Both the position numbers and the translations under genes were made by a program. From a virus: a stretch of 64,000 nucleotides of DNA. The stretch spans positions 3,178-67,177 of IMG/VR virus record IMGVR_UViG_3300046782_000297, one strand, 5' to 3'. The notes beneath the pieces were generated by a model. The model was not told the DNA's origin and did not search any database. It saw only the letters and a program-made list of their open reading frames with translations. Positions 1 through 9,099 of this stretch are shown in pieces. The first letter of the stretch is position 1; each line of letters begins with the position of its first letter.

Positions 1-191
1 TGTGTATCGGCGTCTGTTAACTCAATTCCCAGCAGCCTGCCCTCTCTGTCAAAGTCCAGATGAATCCCACCTATTACACTCTCTGTACGTTCCACCCTAT
101 GCACTGGGATGTCCGGCCTGATGTTTATGTAGGCTATCCCATTGTCACTGTCCATTTCCAGACCTGCCACTATGATGGTGTCCACTTTCAT
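1..191 (-). CDS. DUF2283 (YuzE)-like small protein, truncated by the window edge
   Basis: Own translation MKVDTIIVAGLEMDSDNGIAYINIRP...IHLDFDREGRLLGIEL. The AYI...LDFDxxGRLLGIE pattern is typical of DUF2283. Confidence 0.65.
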   Translation of the reverse strand, partial: MKVDTIIVAGLEMDSDNGIAYINIRPDIPVHRVERTESVIGGIHLDFDREGRLLGIELTDADT

Positions 192-412
192 CTGAACCTC
201 AGTAAGCTATAGGCTCCACGTCTGGACCCCCACAGCATGTGAGTCTCACCGTTAATGGTTTTGCTTTCGTACTTACACTGTAGGCATCGGTGTATTAATA
301 CGTGCTCCTGGATTGTTTCAACCATGATACTGCCATCTTTAGGGCAAAGGTCACCCAGGGGTCTGATAAACTCCAATTTCGCTGACATGGACGTATTCGG
401 TTTTGATTCCAT
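188..412 (-). CDS. Small Zn-ribbon-like hypothetical protein
   Basis: CPKD...CLQC motif, strong GGAGGAG RBS upstream, stop overlaps the next start (ATGA). Confidence 0.55.
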   Translation of the reverse strand: MESKPNTSMSAKLEFIRPLGDLCPKDGSIMVETIQEHVLIHRCLQCKYESKTINGETHMLWGSRRGAYSLLRFR

Positions 413-710
413 TCTTTTTTTCTCCTCCTGTAAAGTTTACATTCTCCCAATAATGTTCCGTAGGGATACCGTAGTGTTGCTCCATATGTAGCCGGACTAG
501 GAAATGGCCAAGGCTGGGGACTTCCTCAGGTTTGGGATAATAGGACCATACAGCCATTACTATAGTGCCTCTGGGGCAGAGGATTCTCCAGCCCCGATAG
601 CTGTCCACCCCAATCCCAAAACTCCCTATGTAGGGGATAAAGCCACAGACGTGGTATCCCAGCAGCCTAGCCGTAATCGCAGCCTGCCGGATGACCTCTG
701 ATGGTTTCAC
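351..710 (-). CDS. Hypothetical protein, TA(R/K)L(L/M)GY paralog family
   Basis: N-terminal AITARLLGYHV motif shared with 1452..1685, 2880..3185 and 57922..58185. Confidence 0.6.
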   Translation of the reverse strand: MKPSEVIRQAAITARLLGYHVCGFIPYIGSFGIGVDSYRGWRILCPRGTIVMAVWSYYPKPEEVPSLGHFLVRLHMEQHYGIPTEHYWENVNFTGGEKKNGIKTEYVHVSEIGVYQTPG

Positions 711-711
711 G

Positions 712-1467
712 CTACCGCCTCTTGTTAGCTATAACCACATCGTAGTAGACTTCCACTCCTGGCATCCATTCTCCTATCCCAGGTTCTTCCAGCCTATAAA
801 ACGCCTCCATCTGACCAGGACTCAACTCCAGCAGGCTACCCAGCTTCTCAAGGTTGGCCGCAACATGGATGATGAACTTGCCCATGTCTGTTATACAGTA
901 GTTGCGGACAGTTCGAGCGGTGCTGGACTGGGCTTTGACGGGCTTAGCTATGCTCTCAGCCCTTCTGCTGTTGGCTAGCCGCTGCTCCAACTCAGCCCTT
1001 TGCTGTGCCAGCTTCAACTTCAAGCTGTCTGATTTTGCCTTGGTCTCAGTAGCCTGCTTGGCTTCTATTTCAGCCCTAAGTTTATCTTCGGCTGCTCTCT
1101 TTTCCTCCTCAGCCGCTTCGATTCGTCTGGCCTCAGCCAACTTGTAGTCACGCATTAGGTCCTTAACGTATCCTTCAGCCGTGGCCATAGGGCCATCAAT
1201 GGCTTCAAACACTTCCTTAAATCCACCCTCCGCTTCTTTGATCTCTGCCTTGGCACGCTTCAAACTGTCACGAGTCTTGGCAGTTTTCTCTAGCCATTCT
1301 CCCCTACGCTGGCGAATAGTAGCTAAAGCCAAGTCCGCTTTGGCGTACTCAATGTCCGAGGTTATTTTAAGGTCGGCTACGAGTCTGCCGATTGGCAAGG
1401 TTAGAGCCATGCCCTCTTTGCGGGTCTGTATTAGGTCATTATCAGGTATGCTTATTTTGGTTGCCAT
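712..1467 (-). CDS. Coiled-coil phage protein of unknown function
   Basis: 251 aa with long A/E/K-rich helical segments, in operon context. Confidence 0.6.
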   Translation of the reverse strand: MATKISIPDNDLIQTRKEGMALTLPIGRLVADLKITSDIEYAKADLALATIRQRRGEWLEKTAKTRDSLKRAKAEIKEAEGGFKEVFEAIDGPMATAEGYVKDLMRDYKLAEARRIEAAEEEKRAAEDKLRAEIEAKQATETKAKSDSLKLKLAQQRAELEQRLANSRRAESIAKPVKAQSSTARTVRNYCITDMGKFIIHVAANLEKLGSLLELSPGQMEAFYRLEEPGIGEWMPGVEVYYDVVIANKRR

Positions 1468-1685
1468 GTTATTCCGTATCTCTCCCTTAGATCCTTCACT
1501 ACGTTTGGATGGGATAAGCTGGTACTATCACCATTTTTTAGGTCATCACTAGTAGTCATAGCCAGAACAGTGTCACCATCAGGAGCAAAGATTACAGACC
1601 AGCTATAACTAGGGGAGATAATGAACTTTCTAACCTCATATCCCATTAGTCTGGCCGTCTTCATTGCCCACTCCTCTAGGTCCAT
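1452..1685 (-). CDS. Hypothetical protein, TA(R/K)L(L/M)GY paralog family
   Basis: KTARLMGYEV motif; ATG directly follows the palindrome at 1686. Confidence 0.6.
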   Translation of the reverse strand: MDLEEWAMKTARLMGYEVRKFIISPSYSWSVIFAPDGDTVLAMTTSDDLKNGDSTSLSHPNVVKDLRERYGITWQPK

Positions 1686-1693
1686 TGTAAACT

Positions 1694-1990
1694 TTACACT
1701 CCCCTCCGTCTCAGCGTTACCAGTTCAGTTTGTAGCCTCTGCATTTTGCACATAAGCTCATGCTCGCGCATATCGCAGATTTTCAGGTCCTCTTGAATTC
1801 TTATAGAGATTTCTCTTTGAGTCTCTTCCTGGCTGGAGTCTCCAGTATAGATAAGTTCGGCATTGTACTCAATGCCCTCAGCCCGTCTATACTGGGCACT
1901 GCATGTATCTCTGATGCACTCAGCTAGTTCGTAGGAGGTTTCCCGGTACTCAGCCATTACAAGCTCCATAGTTCGGTCTGGCCAGATCAT
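1694..1990 (-). CDS. Hypothetical protein
   Basis: Co-oriented ORF whose TAA stop is supplied by the palindrome at 1686. Confidence 0.5.
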   Translation of the reverse strand: MIWPDRTMELVMAEYRETSYELAECIRDTCSAQYRRAEGIEYNAELIYTGDSSQEETQREISIRIQEDLKICDMREHELMCKMQRLQTELVTLRRRGV

Positions 1991-2161
1991 CGGATTTCTA
2001 CCCCCTCCTCTTCAGCCATCATAGCAGCAGCCTGTTTGGCACTCTCCATAGTTACACAGTGGATACTCCTGAAGATGTCGTAGGCGTCATGCCTCCTACT
2101 CCACATCATGTAGTTGACGTGATAAATGCCATTCATGTTAACCACAGTCACGTAGCCCTCT

Positions 2162-2620
2162 TTATCGCTTTCTTCCATTTCCAGCCTCTACGGTGTGATT
2201 GGGAATCACTAATTGATATACTGCAATACCCCCGTCATTCGTTGACTTGACAACCCTATCGTTTGCTACCAGACGTTCCAGACTAGATCGGCAGTTAGGG
2301 GAGAATCCAGCATCCTTAATCTCTTTGGATATGAAGGAGAAAGGGACTGGTTCTGGGTACATGCTGGTAAGTACATCAATCATAACCTTACCGGCCCCTA
2401 TATTCTTCTTTACCCCAATCCGTTTATATTTGCTTTTTGGAAGATCCGGTGTTTCGATCTCGTCATAGTCTGCTAAGAAGTGTTGCAGCCTGTTAAGCTG
2501 CCCATCCAGCTTCTTGGAGTAGTCCTGATGTTTTAGGGCCAAAGCTCTATGTTCGTCCCGGTCAGCCGTGATCCGTTTAAGCTCCTCAGTCAGAGTAGCC
2601 TTGAGTTTGTCTGTTGTCAC
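2162..2620 (-). CDS. Hypothetical protein: N-terminal coiled coil plus winged-helix-like C-terminus
   Basis: AAGGAG RBS; C-terminal ...SSLERLVANDRVVKSTNDGGIAVYQL resembles a winged-helix wing. Confidence 0.45.
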   Translation of the reverse strand: MTTDKLKATLTEELKRITADRDEHRALALKHQDYSKKLDGQLNRLQHFLADYDEIETPDLPKSKYKRIGVKKNIGAGKVMIDVLTSMYPEPVPFSFISKEIKDAGFSPNCRSSLERLVANDRVVKSTNDGGIAVYQLVIPNHTVEAGNGRKR

Positions 2621-2641
2621 TGTTTTCTCCTTTTGTAAACT

Positions 2642-2911
2642 TTACACAGTCCCCAGCACTATGCCCTTATACTTCTTTCTGAATACTTCGCGCATGTGCT
2701 TTCCCTTACTGGGGGCATTCTTTAAAGCATCCCAGTCTGCCCGAGCCACGTCCAGATAGTAATAGAAGAGAGACGTGGCATTAGGGTCCTTTTTGTTCCT
2801 AAAGCTGATGGTCGCCGCTTTGGTGTCTCCATCCCAAGTCCCACCCTCAACGTTAGAGGATTCGGGAGACAGGAACGTATCAATCTGTTCCAGTTTCTTT
2901 TTCTTTGCCAT
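2642..2911 (-). CDS. KTSC domain protein
   Basis: SSNV...WD...ISF...YYYLDV...WDALKNAPSKGKHMREVFRKKY matches the KTSC pattern. Confidence 0.8.
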   Translation of the reverse strand: MAKKKKLEQIDTFLSPESSNVEGGTWDGDTKAATISFRNKKDPNATSLFYYYLDVARADWDALKNAPSKGKHMREVFRKKYKGIVLGTV

Positions 2912-3185
2912 TTAACACCTGCCCGTCATATACTACGTTAAATGTGGTAGCTAGGTCTCTCTCAAGATCCCCAAGAGTCCAGGCTAGAGGCAGATCGAAT
3001 GTCCGGAACCCTCCGTAAGGGGGGCTTACAGCGAAAAATTCGGGAAACCTGCACATAAAAAGTTCTGGCATCCCAGATGGGTCAACTGGGTCAACCTTAT
3101 AACCCAGTAGTTTTGCCGTGCTTATAACCCAAACTTTCCATTGATCGGACCTCTTACTAATCCTCTTCGTCGCCATTACCATCAC
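2880..3185 (-). CDS. Hypothetical protein, TA(R/K)L(L/M)GY paralog family
   Basis: WVISTAKLLGYKV motif. Confidence 0.55.
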   Translation of the reverse strand: MMVMATKRISKRSDQWKVWVISTAKLLGYKVDPVDPSGMPELFMCRFPEFFAVSPPYGGFRTFDLPLAWTLGDLERDLATTFNVVYDGQVLNGKEKETGTD

Positions 3186-3657
3186 CCATATCCGGCCCGC
3201 TGGTCTTGAATGCCCAGGAGGTTGAAATCACTGTACAGGCTGTTATAACATCAGGGGTTATCCCATGCTCTATCAGCTTCTGCCTGCTGATCGTGGCCTT
3301 AGTCTGCTTGTAGTAGGCGCTGCGGTTCCCGTCAGCCATGAACTTGCCCAGACCGTAAAGTTTACACAGGGGCTTAATCTCACTCACGAGGTCAGTTTTC
3401 TGTTTCTTCAGGGTCCCCTGGGTTTTGGTAATAGCAGCCACCTGCTCAATCATTCTCGTGAGCCTGCCCCGCTCATTATCAGGTACATCAAGCTCACGGA
3501 TATCAGGGGGAGGAGGTTCAGGCTCCTTCTTCTTATGCCCAGCCCCAGACCAAGGGTCCATACTGGGGGATGACTTATCCCGAGCCGCTTTAATCTGAGC
3601 TTCCAGAATTTCCCTAGCAGCCTTCTTGTCAGCTAATGCCTTTTTAAAGTCCACCAT
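3157..3657 (-). CDS. Hypothetical phage protein
   Basis: 166 aa co-oriented ORF with an internal palindrome copy at 3354 read as CKLY. Confidence 0.55.
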   Translation of the reverse strand: MVDFKKALADKKAAREILEAQIKAARDKSSPSMDPWSGAGHKKKEPEPPPPDIRELDVPDNERGRLTRMIEQVAAITKTQGTLKKQKTDLVSEIKPLCKLYGLGKFMADGNRSAYYKQTKATISRQKLIEHGITPDVITACTVISTSWAFKTSGPDMGDGNGDEED

Positions 3658-3666
3658 ATAGTTACC

Positions 3667-4200
3667 TTAACAGGAGCAGGAAAAGAAGCTGCCCTTTTGA
3701 TTCTCGTCTACCTCTGTCCCAGTTATCCGTTCATAGTGATCCCAGAATTTATCCGGGACCGATTCACCCTCAAACCTGCCTCCCTCATTCCAGAATCCTC
3801 TGCCAGTCACGTAGTCACCGGCTTTTTCCATAACTTCTTCCATAGTGCTGCCAATAGCCGATGCATATACTTTCATCCAGGCGACAGAGGCAGCTAAGGG
3901 GGTAGGTTTTCCCTCATTCGGCACCTTAGGATGACTCCACATATGCCTAATAGTTGTTACAGAGCGGGGATAGAGGAACAGCCAGAACTTTTCATCCTCC
4001 CGTAAAGGACGGGCTAGGTAAGGGTCCACAATACCTATCTTATCTGAAATCTCGACAGATGCTCTGCCGTCTGATGTCAGTCCCACATGCTGCCCCGGTA
4101 TTAATGGGTGAGCAGCCCGAAGGGGTAGGACAGCCACATGGACAGCATCCCGAAATTGGTCTCCTTCCAACACTGTTCCTAGAGTCTCCTGAGCAGTCAT
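3667..4200 (-). CDS. Conserved-type phage hypothetical protein
   Basis: RDAVHVAV...GIVDPYL...FWLFLYP..VT.IRH.WSHP pattern recalled from phage hypothetical proteins; ends in SCSC. Confidence 0.55.
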   Translation of the reverse strand: MTAQETLGTVLEGDQFRDAVHVAVLPLRAAHPLIPGQHVGLTSDGRASVEISDKIGIVDPYLARPLREDEKFWLFLYPRSVTTIRHMWSHPKVPNEGKPTPLAASVAWMKVYASAIGSTMEEVMEKAGDYVTGRGFWNEGGRFEGESVPDKFWDHYERITGTEVDENQKGSFFSCSC

Positions 4201-4397
4201 TTTTTAACCTCGAAATTAACTGTTTTCTCAATTCCCAGGTACTTCAGGATGGTTGGCCCTGGTGCTCTCTTATTAAGGTAGATGTCAGACAGATACTGGC
4301 GGCTGACTCTGAGGCGTCTGGCGAAAGCGGCTTGATTTAATCCTAGCCGGTCTTGCTCCTCTTTAAGTACTTGAATCAATTGATCTTTACTCATCAT
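4197..4397 (-). CDS. XRE/Cro-like HTH DNA-binding protein
   Basis: LNQAAFARRLRVSRQYLSDIYLNKRAPG is a Cro/CI-type HTH. Likely start is the ATG at 4397. Confidence 0.8.
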   Translation of the reverse strand: MMSKDQLIQVLKEEQDRLGLNQAAFARRLRVSRQYLSDIYLNKRAPGPTILKYLGIEKTVNFEVKK

Positions 4398-4404
4398 GTC
4401 AACC

Positions 4405-4433
4405 ATTGTAGCTTGTCAGCGGACGAATTGCAA
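4405..4433 (-). promoter_or_regulatory. Sigma70-type promoter for the HTH gene and the left accessory operon
   Basis: TTGCAA (4433-4428), 17 bp spacer, TACAAT (4410-4405). AT-rich upstream, with a palindrome copy at 4454. Confidence 0.65.
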
Positions 4434-4703
4434 GCATTATTTTTATTGACCCGTGTAAACTTTACATGGTAGCTTGAATATATACTCTTAGATCGGAGGT
4501 GATAACCTTGTTTGCAGGGTGTGGGAAAACCGTGTGTCCTGTTTGTGACTCCGCAGTCCCCGTGGCTCCTGGAGTCTGCGTCATTTGCGGTTGCATCTTT
4601 CTCAACTCTACCATTGATCGGGACGTAGTTGAAATCAAGGAGGCCGCATAAATCAATGTCAATTCCTAGACGGAGGATACTTATGGGGCAAGGTTGCTTG
4701 AGG

Positions 4704-6161
4704 TTACTTAGGCATCTTGCCCCATACTTGTGCTTTAGCCGTACTGGCCTTCAACGGCACCCTCAGCTTAACAACATTCTCAAAGACGTTAGTAATGTGA
4801 CTGCCAATCTCGTCCGCCCACCTCTCTTGAACACAGCATAGTAGCTCGTCGTGTACATCCAACACCGGCTGGCAAATGTCATTGACCACGCCCATTTCCA
4901 GCAACTCATCATATACCTGAGTCTCACCCAATTTCACAATACCCCGAGCCGTACCCTGGATAGGCAAGTTACCAGCCTCCCTCAAAGCCGCGCTAACCAC
5001 CCAGGGCAACACACTCCTAACAGCCGTAACGTGCAGGTTGCGCCCAAAATCGTCCCAGATCATTGCCGTTTGTCTGGCTGTTTGGTGATCCTTTCGGCGC
5101 ATATCCATTAAGCCACTATATTTTATGTAGAAAGCATTAATCAGGTCCTGGCAGTTGTCCTCCTGCCACAATCCAACAAATTTGCCACAGTCATGCTCGA
5201 TACTGGGCTTGTCACAGGTCTTACAAACTACAGGCATCTGCTCAGCCAGCCCCGGCCCGCTCACCTCATATAGACTAGCCAGTGTACAGGTTTTTGCCGG
5301 GAACCTGTGCTTCTTCTTATGCACTGTAGGGTAATGCCAGCCATGCCCCTTGTGCTCACTGTCCCTGCACTCCCGGTCATCCCCATCAATAGACTTAAAT
5401 CCCTGGCACTCCCACCTCTCATCATCCAACCTGAATGCTGCCGTGGCGAAGTCAGAATAGATGTCCTCATCATTCTCGTATACAGCTACTAATCCCTCAT
5501 CCCCACTTCTATGAGCGGCTACTCTAGGTTCAACTTGGCTGAAGTCCACGGACAGATACACCCACCCGTCTGGGCAAATGAACCCTTCACATAGCTCCCG
5601 GCCCCGCTCAGTCCTATTAGGCATGGCGAGGAGGTTAGGCTCATCGCAGTTATTTCTGCCGGATGGTACTCTAGTAGTCTTGAGGTTGGGAAATATCCGC
5701 CAGTTGGCATGTCCAACTCGTCTTGCAAGTTTATATAAAGGTACTGCATACGTTCCCCTTAGCTTGTCGTACTCCCGATAGTCCTGGACTAACCCCACGG
5801 CGGGATGCTCATGCTGCAATGTCTTAAGTACTTCGTCATCAACAGCTTCCCGCTTCCCAGTGGGAGTCATCTTAGTCTTAAGCTGCTTGATCTTGAGTTT
5901 GCTAAACAACAGGTCCGCTACCTGATCGGCGGACCCCACGTTAATGTAGAATCCCGTAACCTCCCGGATCTTTTCAGTGATGGCATCCATGTCCACCATC
6001 AACACCTTCTCCATCCTCTTGAAATGGTCTGGGTCAACCTGCATCCCAGTCCTCATCATATAGTGTATTAATGAGAGATAGGGTAGGTCTAGGCGCTCTA
6101 TATTGTCCAGGTCCTTATGGGCAAGACCAAACTTGACGCCGTTGTAAAGAGTTTGGATCAC
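4704..6161 (-). CDS. DNA polymerase family A, polymerase domain only
   Basis: Motif A DFSQVEPR, motif B RFPAKTCTLASLY, motif C VHDEL, plus TRVPSGR..DEPNL and NLPIQGTA. Confidence 0.92.
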   Translation of the reverse strand: MIQTLYNGVKFGLAHKDLDNIERLDLPYLSLIHYMMRTGMQVDPDHFKRMEKVLMVDMDAITEKIREVTGFYINVGSADQVADLLFSKLKIKQLKTKMTPTGKREAVDDEVLKTLQHEHPAVGLVQDYREYDKLRGTYAVPLYKLARRVGHANWRIFPNLKTTRVPSGRNNCDEPNLLAMPNRTERGRELCEGFICPDGWVYLSVDFSQVEPRVAAHRSGDEGLVAVYENDEDIYSDFATAAFRLDDERWECQGFKSIDGDDRECRDSEHKGHGWHYPTVHKKKHRFPAKTCTLASLYEVSGPGLAEQMPVVCKTCDKPSIEHDCGKFVGLWQEDNCQDLINAFYIKYSGLMDMRRKDHQTARQTAMIWDDFGRNLHVTAVRSVLPWVVSAALREAGNLPIQGTARGIVKLGETQVYDELLEMGVVNDICQPVLDVHDELLCCVQERWADEIGSHITNVFENVVKLRVPLKASTAKAQVWGKMPK

Positions 6162-6532
6162 ACCTGTACAGTATACAGTGCTAGGGGATGGGTTACTGAG
6201 TTGGTGCAGTAACTACTATAGTAGCTGCTGTGCCTAAACTTCACCCGCAACTTGCAGGGTAGTAGCTCTAAAGTGACTAGAGGGGATTTACAATTTGAAC
6301 AGAGGACCGTTGGGAATTGCATGAACATCCTACCTTTCCCATTGGCGCACCTTCTTACTTTGTTGTTATATCCCAGTTTTGTGGACTCCCCGGCCCTGCT
6401 ACAGGCAATCCCATTGTCGTGTATAATATACTTGAAAGAACCATGTAGGTACAACTTCATCTTGAGCACATTTAACTGGATGTGGCATTCTGGACAGTAG
6501 ATGGGTCTGCTGAGACTTAAGTAGTTCCTCAT
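6158..6532 (-). CDS. Cys/His-rich protein with two repeated CxxC..H..C units
   Basis: PIYCPEC...H..C and FPTVLCSNC...LRVKFRH...C; paralogous to the next two genes. Confidence 0.6.
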   Translation of the reverse strand: MRNYLSLSRPIYCPECHIQLNVLKMKLYLHGSFKYIIHDNGIACSRAGESTKLGYNNKVRRCANGKGRMFMQFPTVLCSNCKSPLVTLELLPCKLRVKFRHSSYYSSYCTNSVTHPLALYTVQV

Positions 6533-6933
6533 GAGTCACGTTCAACAAATACCGTGTACTGGGCCACTGGGCGGATAAACTCTGAGAAGCATCCTTCATA
6601 GCGAGTGGTCATATGGGGGGGCTTATGTGTAAACTTTACACGTAGGTTATCCGGTGGAAACTCCAAGTAATGATAGATTCCCAGGCACGCCCCACATTGG
6701 GTTGGGAATATCTGGATGAATGCCACGCTGTTATTCGTGGGCTTATCCGACAGAGGAATGGTGGAATGGGAGAACACATGACTGGCAGTCCTTGAGCATT
6801 TACCATTACCTGGATGGGTAATAGCAACCTTCCCACTGAAGTGGGATGTAGCCACGAACATAGTTATAAAGCACTGAGGGCATCTAATGGGAGTGTGCAG
6901 GTCCAGTACTCCCATCCCAGCAGCATTTATCAT
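6529..6933 (-). CDS. Cys/His-rich protein, paralog of 6158..6532
   Basis: PIRCPQC...THPGNGKCSR and FPTQCGAC...LRVKFTH...FIRPVAQY. Confidence 0.6.
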   Translation of the reverse strand: MINAAGMGVLDLHTPIRCPQCFITMFVATSHFSGKVAITHPGNGKCSRTASHVFSHSTIPLSDKPTNNSVAFIQIFPTQCGACLGIYHYLEFPPDNLRVKFTHKPPHMTTRYEGCFSEFIRPVAQYTVFVERDS

Positions 6934-7406
6934 ATGAACTCAACAAACTGAGCTATAGGCCGGAAGAATTCAGTCCTCGTTCGGCTGCAAGTATCCATCT
7001 TTATATGCCTGAATCTCACCCGCATCCGGTCAGCCATGAATACAATCTCCAATGTACTACCACATTCTGGGCACATATTAGGGATAGCCTTCATGACTGC
7101 TACCTTCCCATGTTCATCCATAGGGGGTTGTAGGTAGGTTTCAGCTAGGTCCTTCTCCTTCTCCACCAGCTTTTGATAATATTCCTCTAGCTCCCTACGA
7201 TACTTTTCCAGTTCAGCCGCTCGATTGGCAATCACCCGGATAGGGGTCTGGTTATCAGCGGTCTGGTCAGGGATAGGGGAGAATAGGCTAGTAGACTTCG
7301 GAAGTCTCTCTGCTTCCATCCTACCTATTTCCCTATCTATTGCCTGTTTTTCCCTATCTATTGCCTGTTCCTTTATTTCTTTAAGTCTGTCTGACACGTA
7401 TGACAT
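6930..7406 (-). CDS. Coiled-coil protein with one C-terminal CxxC..H..C unit
   Basis: CPECGS...MRVRFRH...CSR..EFFRPIAQF. Confidence 0.6.
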   Translation of the reverse strand: MSYVSDRLKEIKEQAIDREKQAIDREIGRMEAERLPKSTSLFSPIPDQTADNQTPIRVIANRAAELEKYRRELEEYYQKLVEKEKDLAETYLQPPMDEHGKVAVMKAIPNMCPECGSTLEIVFMADRMRVRFRHIKMDTCSRTRTEFFRPIAQFVEFI

Positions 7407-7426
7407 AATCTCCCCCTATGTAAACT

Positions 7427-8800
7427 TTACATTTCCCAATGTTCTTGCAACTTACCAAGTTTAGCATTTTCCTTCATCTTTTGCAAAATTGGCCATAAAC
7501 GTATTGTAGCATCAGCGTCACGGCAGGCATAGTGCAGTACCTCCTCCTCTGGCGCATGGGCTATGTCCATACCTGGGTAAGGCCCCACCTGCTGTTCAAT
7601 TAGTTCCTGCCATTCCACCCAGTTCTCTTCAAACATCTTGAATACATCTTTCTCAGGATTCTTGCTGTAGTCAGTGAAAAACCTTTTCAGCTTAGTAGAC
7701 ATGGACTGGGGCTTGTATACCTTCCACTTCCCAGTTTTGTCATCCACTACTAGCTGTTCTGGGGGCTTTGGCCACTCTGACATCTGAGCCATTTCGAAGT
7801 AGTTCAACACCATCTGGGTAGAGTATGGCCTAACCAGATCCTCAAAGGACTGCATGGCCATACCCAGATAGCGGTAAGCCAAAGCCTTAAGGCCCTGGGG
7901 GACATTGCCCAGGTGGAAACAGGTCACCATAGTATCTCTCACCAGCTTATGGGGAAAGTTTAGACCCATATTTTCAGTCACCAACCAGTCATACAGCCAG
8001 TTGTGGAAGAGAATGGTGCCCTCCCACTCGTCCAGTTTCTCCTGTAAGGCTACTAATAGGTCTGGCCTAGTCGCTCTTATCAACCTGCCGGTGCCAGGAT
8101 ACTGAGAGTAGGTCAGACAATAGGGGCCATACTTCCGGCTGGTCTCAGTGTCGCAAGCCATTGATAATGTTGGGTCAATCTCCCGGATCTCCTTGGCATT
8201 GGTCACCTCAGAATAGTCCACGTCTGGGTGTTGGTCGATAGGCAGCTTGAGCTTGCCCTTAATGTATCTGCCCAGCCTCACCCAGTCCGTACGAATCTGA
8301 AGCATCTTCTTAGGCTCATGGATACCTCCAGCCGGGTGCCACATAGGGAAGGCAATAATGCCCAACCTAGTCTTGACCGGCATCCCATGCTGGGTGTCCA
8401 GGTCTATGTCAGGGTCCACAGCCTTGCAGGCGAAGTTACCCATAGGCACTATGAGCTTTGGCAGACCCAGACTTGTACGGGTTACAGCCCATCGGCCATA
8501 TAGGTGGTTGGCAGCACAGGACTGCAACAGGCTCCGGTCTGCTTCTTTATGCCAATCCAGTTTGCCCTTTGGCCGGTCTGGCATGCAGCTTATGGCGTTG
8601 TCAAACCTGACAAGTTCACGCTTGAGAGGGACTAGAGGCAGGTAATGCTCATTAACTTCCCGGCCTGTCTTGCCGATAAAGGGCCTGCCATGCCTATTCT
8701 CCTCCCAGCCTGGGGCCTCACCTATGAATTCGATCTCACTGGGGGGACCGTCGGGGGCAACACAGGTACTGTTATTTGGGCAAAGTTGGCAGCGGTTCAT
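7427..8800 (-). CDS. Family-4 uracil-DNA glycosylase-like domain fused to a PolA-type 3'-5' exonuclease
   Basis: CxxC...C, GEAPG..E...GRPFIGKTG and WHPA (UDG family 4); ExoI DTETS, ExoII HNWLYD, ExoIII YACRDAD. Confidence 0.85.
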   Translation of the reverse strand: MNRCQLCPNNSTCVAPDGPPSEIEFIGEAPGWEENRHGRPFIGKTGREVNEHYLPLVPLKRELVRFDNAISCMPDRPKGKLDWHKEADRSLLQSCAANHLYGRWAVTRTSLGLPKLIVPMGNFACKAVDPDIDLDTQHGMPVKTRLGIIAFPMWHPAGGIHEPKKMLQIRTDWVRLGRYIKGKLKLPIDQHPDVDYSEVTNAKEIREIDPTLSMACDTETSRKYGPYCLTYSQYPGTGRLIRATRPDLLVALQEKLDEWEGTILFHNWLYDWLVTENMGLNFPHKLVRDTMVTCFHLGNVPQGLKALAYRYLGMAMQSFEDLVRPYSTQMVLNYFEMAQMSEWPKPPEQLVVDDKTGKWKVYKPQSMSTKLKRFFTDYSKNPEKDVFKMFEENWVEWQELIEQQVGPYPGMDIAHAPEEEVLHYACRDADATIRLWPILQKMKENAKLGKLQEHWEM

Positions 8801-9099
8801 TCACCAATCCAATAGACCCTTTTCCGATCCTTCTCTTTAACCCGTTCTTCTATTTTCTTAAAGTCTAGTCCCATATGGTGTACTAGAAATCTAATGCAAG
8901 AGGTTACGTCGGCTACTTCCTCTTCCAACCATTGCTTGTTCGGTTTACCCGTGTGGGGGTCATACCCAGCAATACCCTGTATCAAGCATCTAGCAGACAC
9001 AGCAGATAATTCTCCTAACTCTTCCAAGAGTTTCCCAAAAACTTTAATTTGTTTAGGATCTTCGGTAGGGGTCCAGCAGGGTGGGAATTCAGTACCCAT
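8797..9099 (-). CDS. MazG-like nucleotide pyrophosphohydrolase
   Basis: KLLEELGEL...LEEEVADV (ExxE...ExxD). Confidence 0.75.
   Translation of the reverse strand: MGTEFPPCWTPTEDPKQIKVFGKLLEELGELSAVSARCLIQGIAGYDPHTGKPNKQWLEEEVADVTSCIRFLVHHMGLDFKKIEERVKEKDRKRVYWIGE

Noticed and set aside
7330-7369. 21-bp tandem duplication encoding QAIDRE twice
   Set aside because: A simple in-frame slippage duplication in a coiled coil with no wider pattern.
6158-7426. Self-splicing intron or intein explaining the split polymerase
   Set aside because: The interval is fully occupied by three coupled ORFs with no homing endonuclease or intein motifs, and both polymerase halves have their own start and stop.
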